Part shown: in pieces, positions 63,156 through 64,000 of the stretch
Position numbering within the stretch: position 1 is the stretch's first letter
How the letters are laid out: every line of letters starts with the position of its first letter
From: Moniliella sp. 'wahieum'
Taxonomy: Eukaryota
Direction: 5' to 3'
Assembly: GCA_003971905.1 (NCBI GenBank)
Contig: RSEE01000026.1
Span: 310,001-374,000, forward strand
Length of the DNA: 64,000 bases
Notes under the pieces: generated by a model
The model's input: only the letters and a program-made list of their open reading frames with translations
Databases searched by the model: none
What the model was told of the DNA's origin: nothing
Translations under genes and position numbers: made by a program

Positions 63156-64000
63156 TCATAATATGGTAAGATCTTCGCTCTTGCGTGAGCTCTTTTTCTT
63201 GCGACGCAGGTACGAAAGCGACAGGAGACAGATGACAAGAACAGTGGGTCTTAGGGCACGTAGCCACTTCCTGCTGGTATTGCCGTTGGAAGGAGGGGGA
63301 GGAGGGTCCATCTCTGATGAAGAAGAGATGGTCCGATACCGCCGCCCTGGACGGAGGACGGTCAAGGTGGTAGGAGAGATGGACCGAGCGCGACTGCCGC
63401 TACTGGCGGTCCGGGAGCGCATCGCTTCTGGTGAGACGGCGGGAGAGAGCTTGTGGACCGGCGTGAGGCAGGAGATGGGGAAAGGGATTCTCTCCGCTTC
63501 CGTTCTTGCATGATGGCAATTTGCAGTTGGTGCGCGGTAGTGCCATACGTACGTTCCCGTTCCTCTCGCGCCATTCCACGTGCCTCGGCAGCTGCAAGCC
63601 TGCAGCACACTCACCTTGCTCACAACCGTATCTTGTTCAGGCTGAAAGCTAAAGTGGGACGGAGACGCGAATAGCCCACCACCTCTCGCGCATAGTCCCA
63701 CCGCCCCATTCGCCGGCCCAACAATTCCACCACATAGAGCTCCACCAGCTGGTCGTGCCAGGTCCGGTGGTACCGCTTGAAAGGTACGCTTCGCACATAT
63801 GTTGTGCTGCACGGTAGCATGCAGCCTCGCCTGTCTCGGAGGTCGAGGGGCAGAGGCGCCGTCACCCAAGTTGAGCGCAGCCAAGACACAGCCACTACCT
63901 GAACGGGCACATGGGCCAGATCGGATCGTGTTGCAGGGGTAGGGACGATGCTATTGGCACGACGATGATGGGGAAGGAACAGGAGAAGGGTGTCGTGCCA
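63156..64000 (-). CDS. Probable PEX26-like tail-anchored peroxin (partial; 5' end beyond the window)
   Basis: VELYVVELLGRRMGRWDYARE resembles the fungal Pex26 ELY.LHVL...WDYARE motif as I recall it; C-terminal hydrophobic segment followed by basic RRKKK. Confidence 0.45.

Overview
Eukaryotic, GC-rich fungal DNA, most likely a basidiomycete (Ustilaginomycotina-like: compact genes with few, short GT-AG introns and CTAAC/CTGAC branch sites); the taxonomy is inferred. About 20 genes are recognisable: homoisocitrate dehydrogenase, mitochondrial uL11m, two cystinosin paralogs flanking pyruvate kinase, MET6, a Zn2Cys6 factor, PYM/WIBG, CCT3, ERG3, an ENTH protein, a secreted alpha/beta-hydrolase-like protein, eIF3c, DBF4, phosphofructokinase, a nucleoredoxin-like protein, ABP1/drebrin, calpain PalB, alkaline phosphatase, a CENP-B-like HTH protein, RTC3 and a probable PEX26. 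There is also one intron-containing tRNA-Ser-type gene. Nearly every gene, including essential ones, carries several 1-bp frameshifts. I read these as uncorrected long-read consensus errors rather than pseudogenisation, so CDS bounds are approximate gene spans. Most notable items: (1) a complete, apparently very young 1.4-kb non-autonomous LTR element with identical 240-bp LTRs, a CTGTG TSD, a PBS resembling a tRNA anticodon arm, and four internal PBS-like boxes; (2) a window-wide intergenic 7-bp grammar, TCA/TGA plus a 4-bp palindrome; (3) a probable 47-aa zinc-ribbon microprotein with a 5'UTR intron; (4) a tRNA with an abnormal anticodon loop. All identifications come from reading motifs by eye; no database searches were run.
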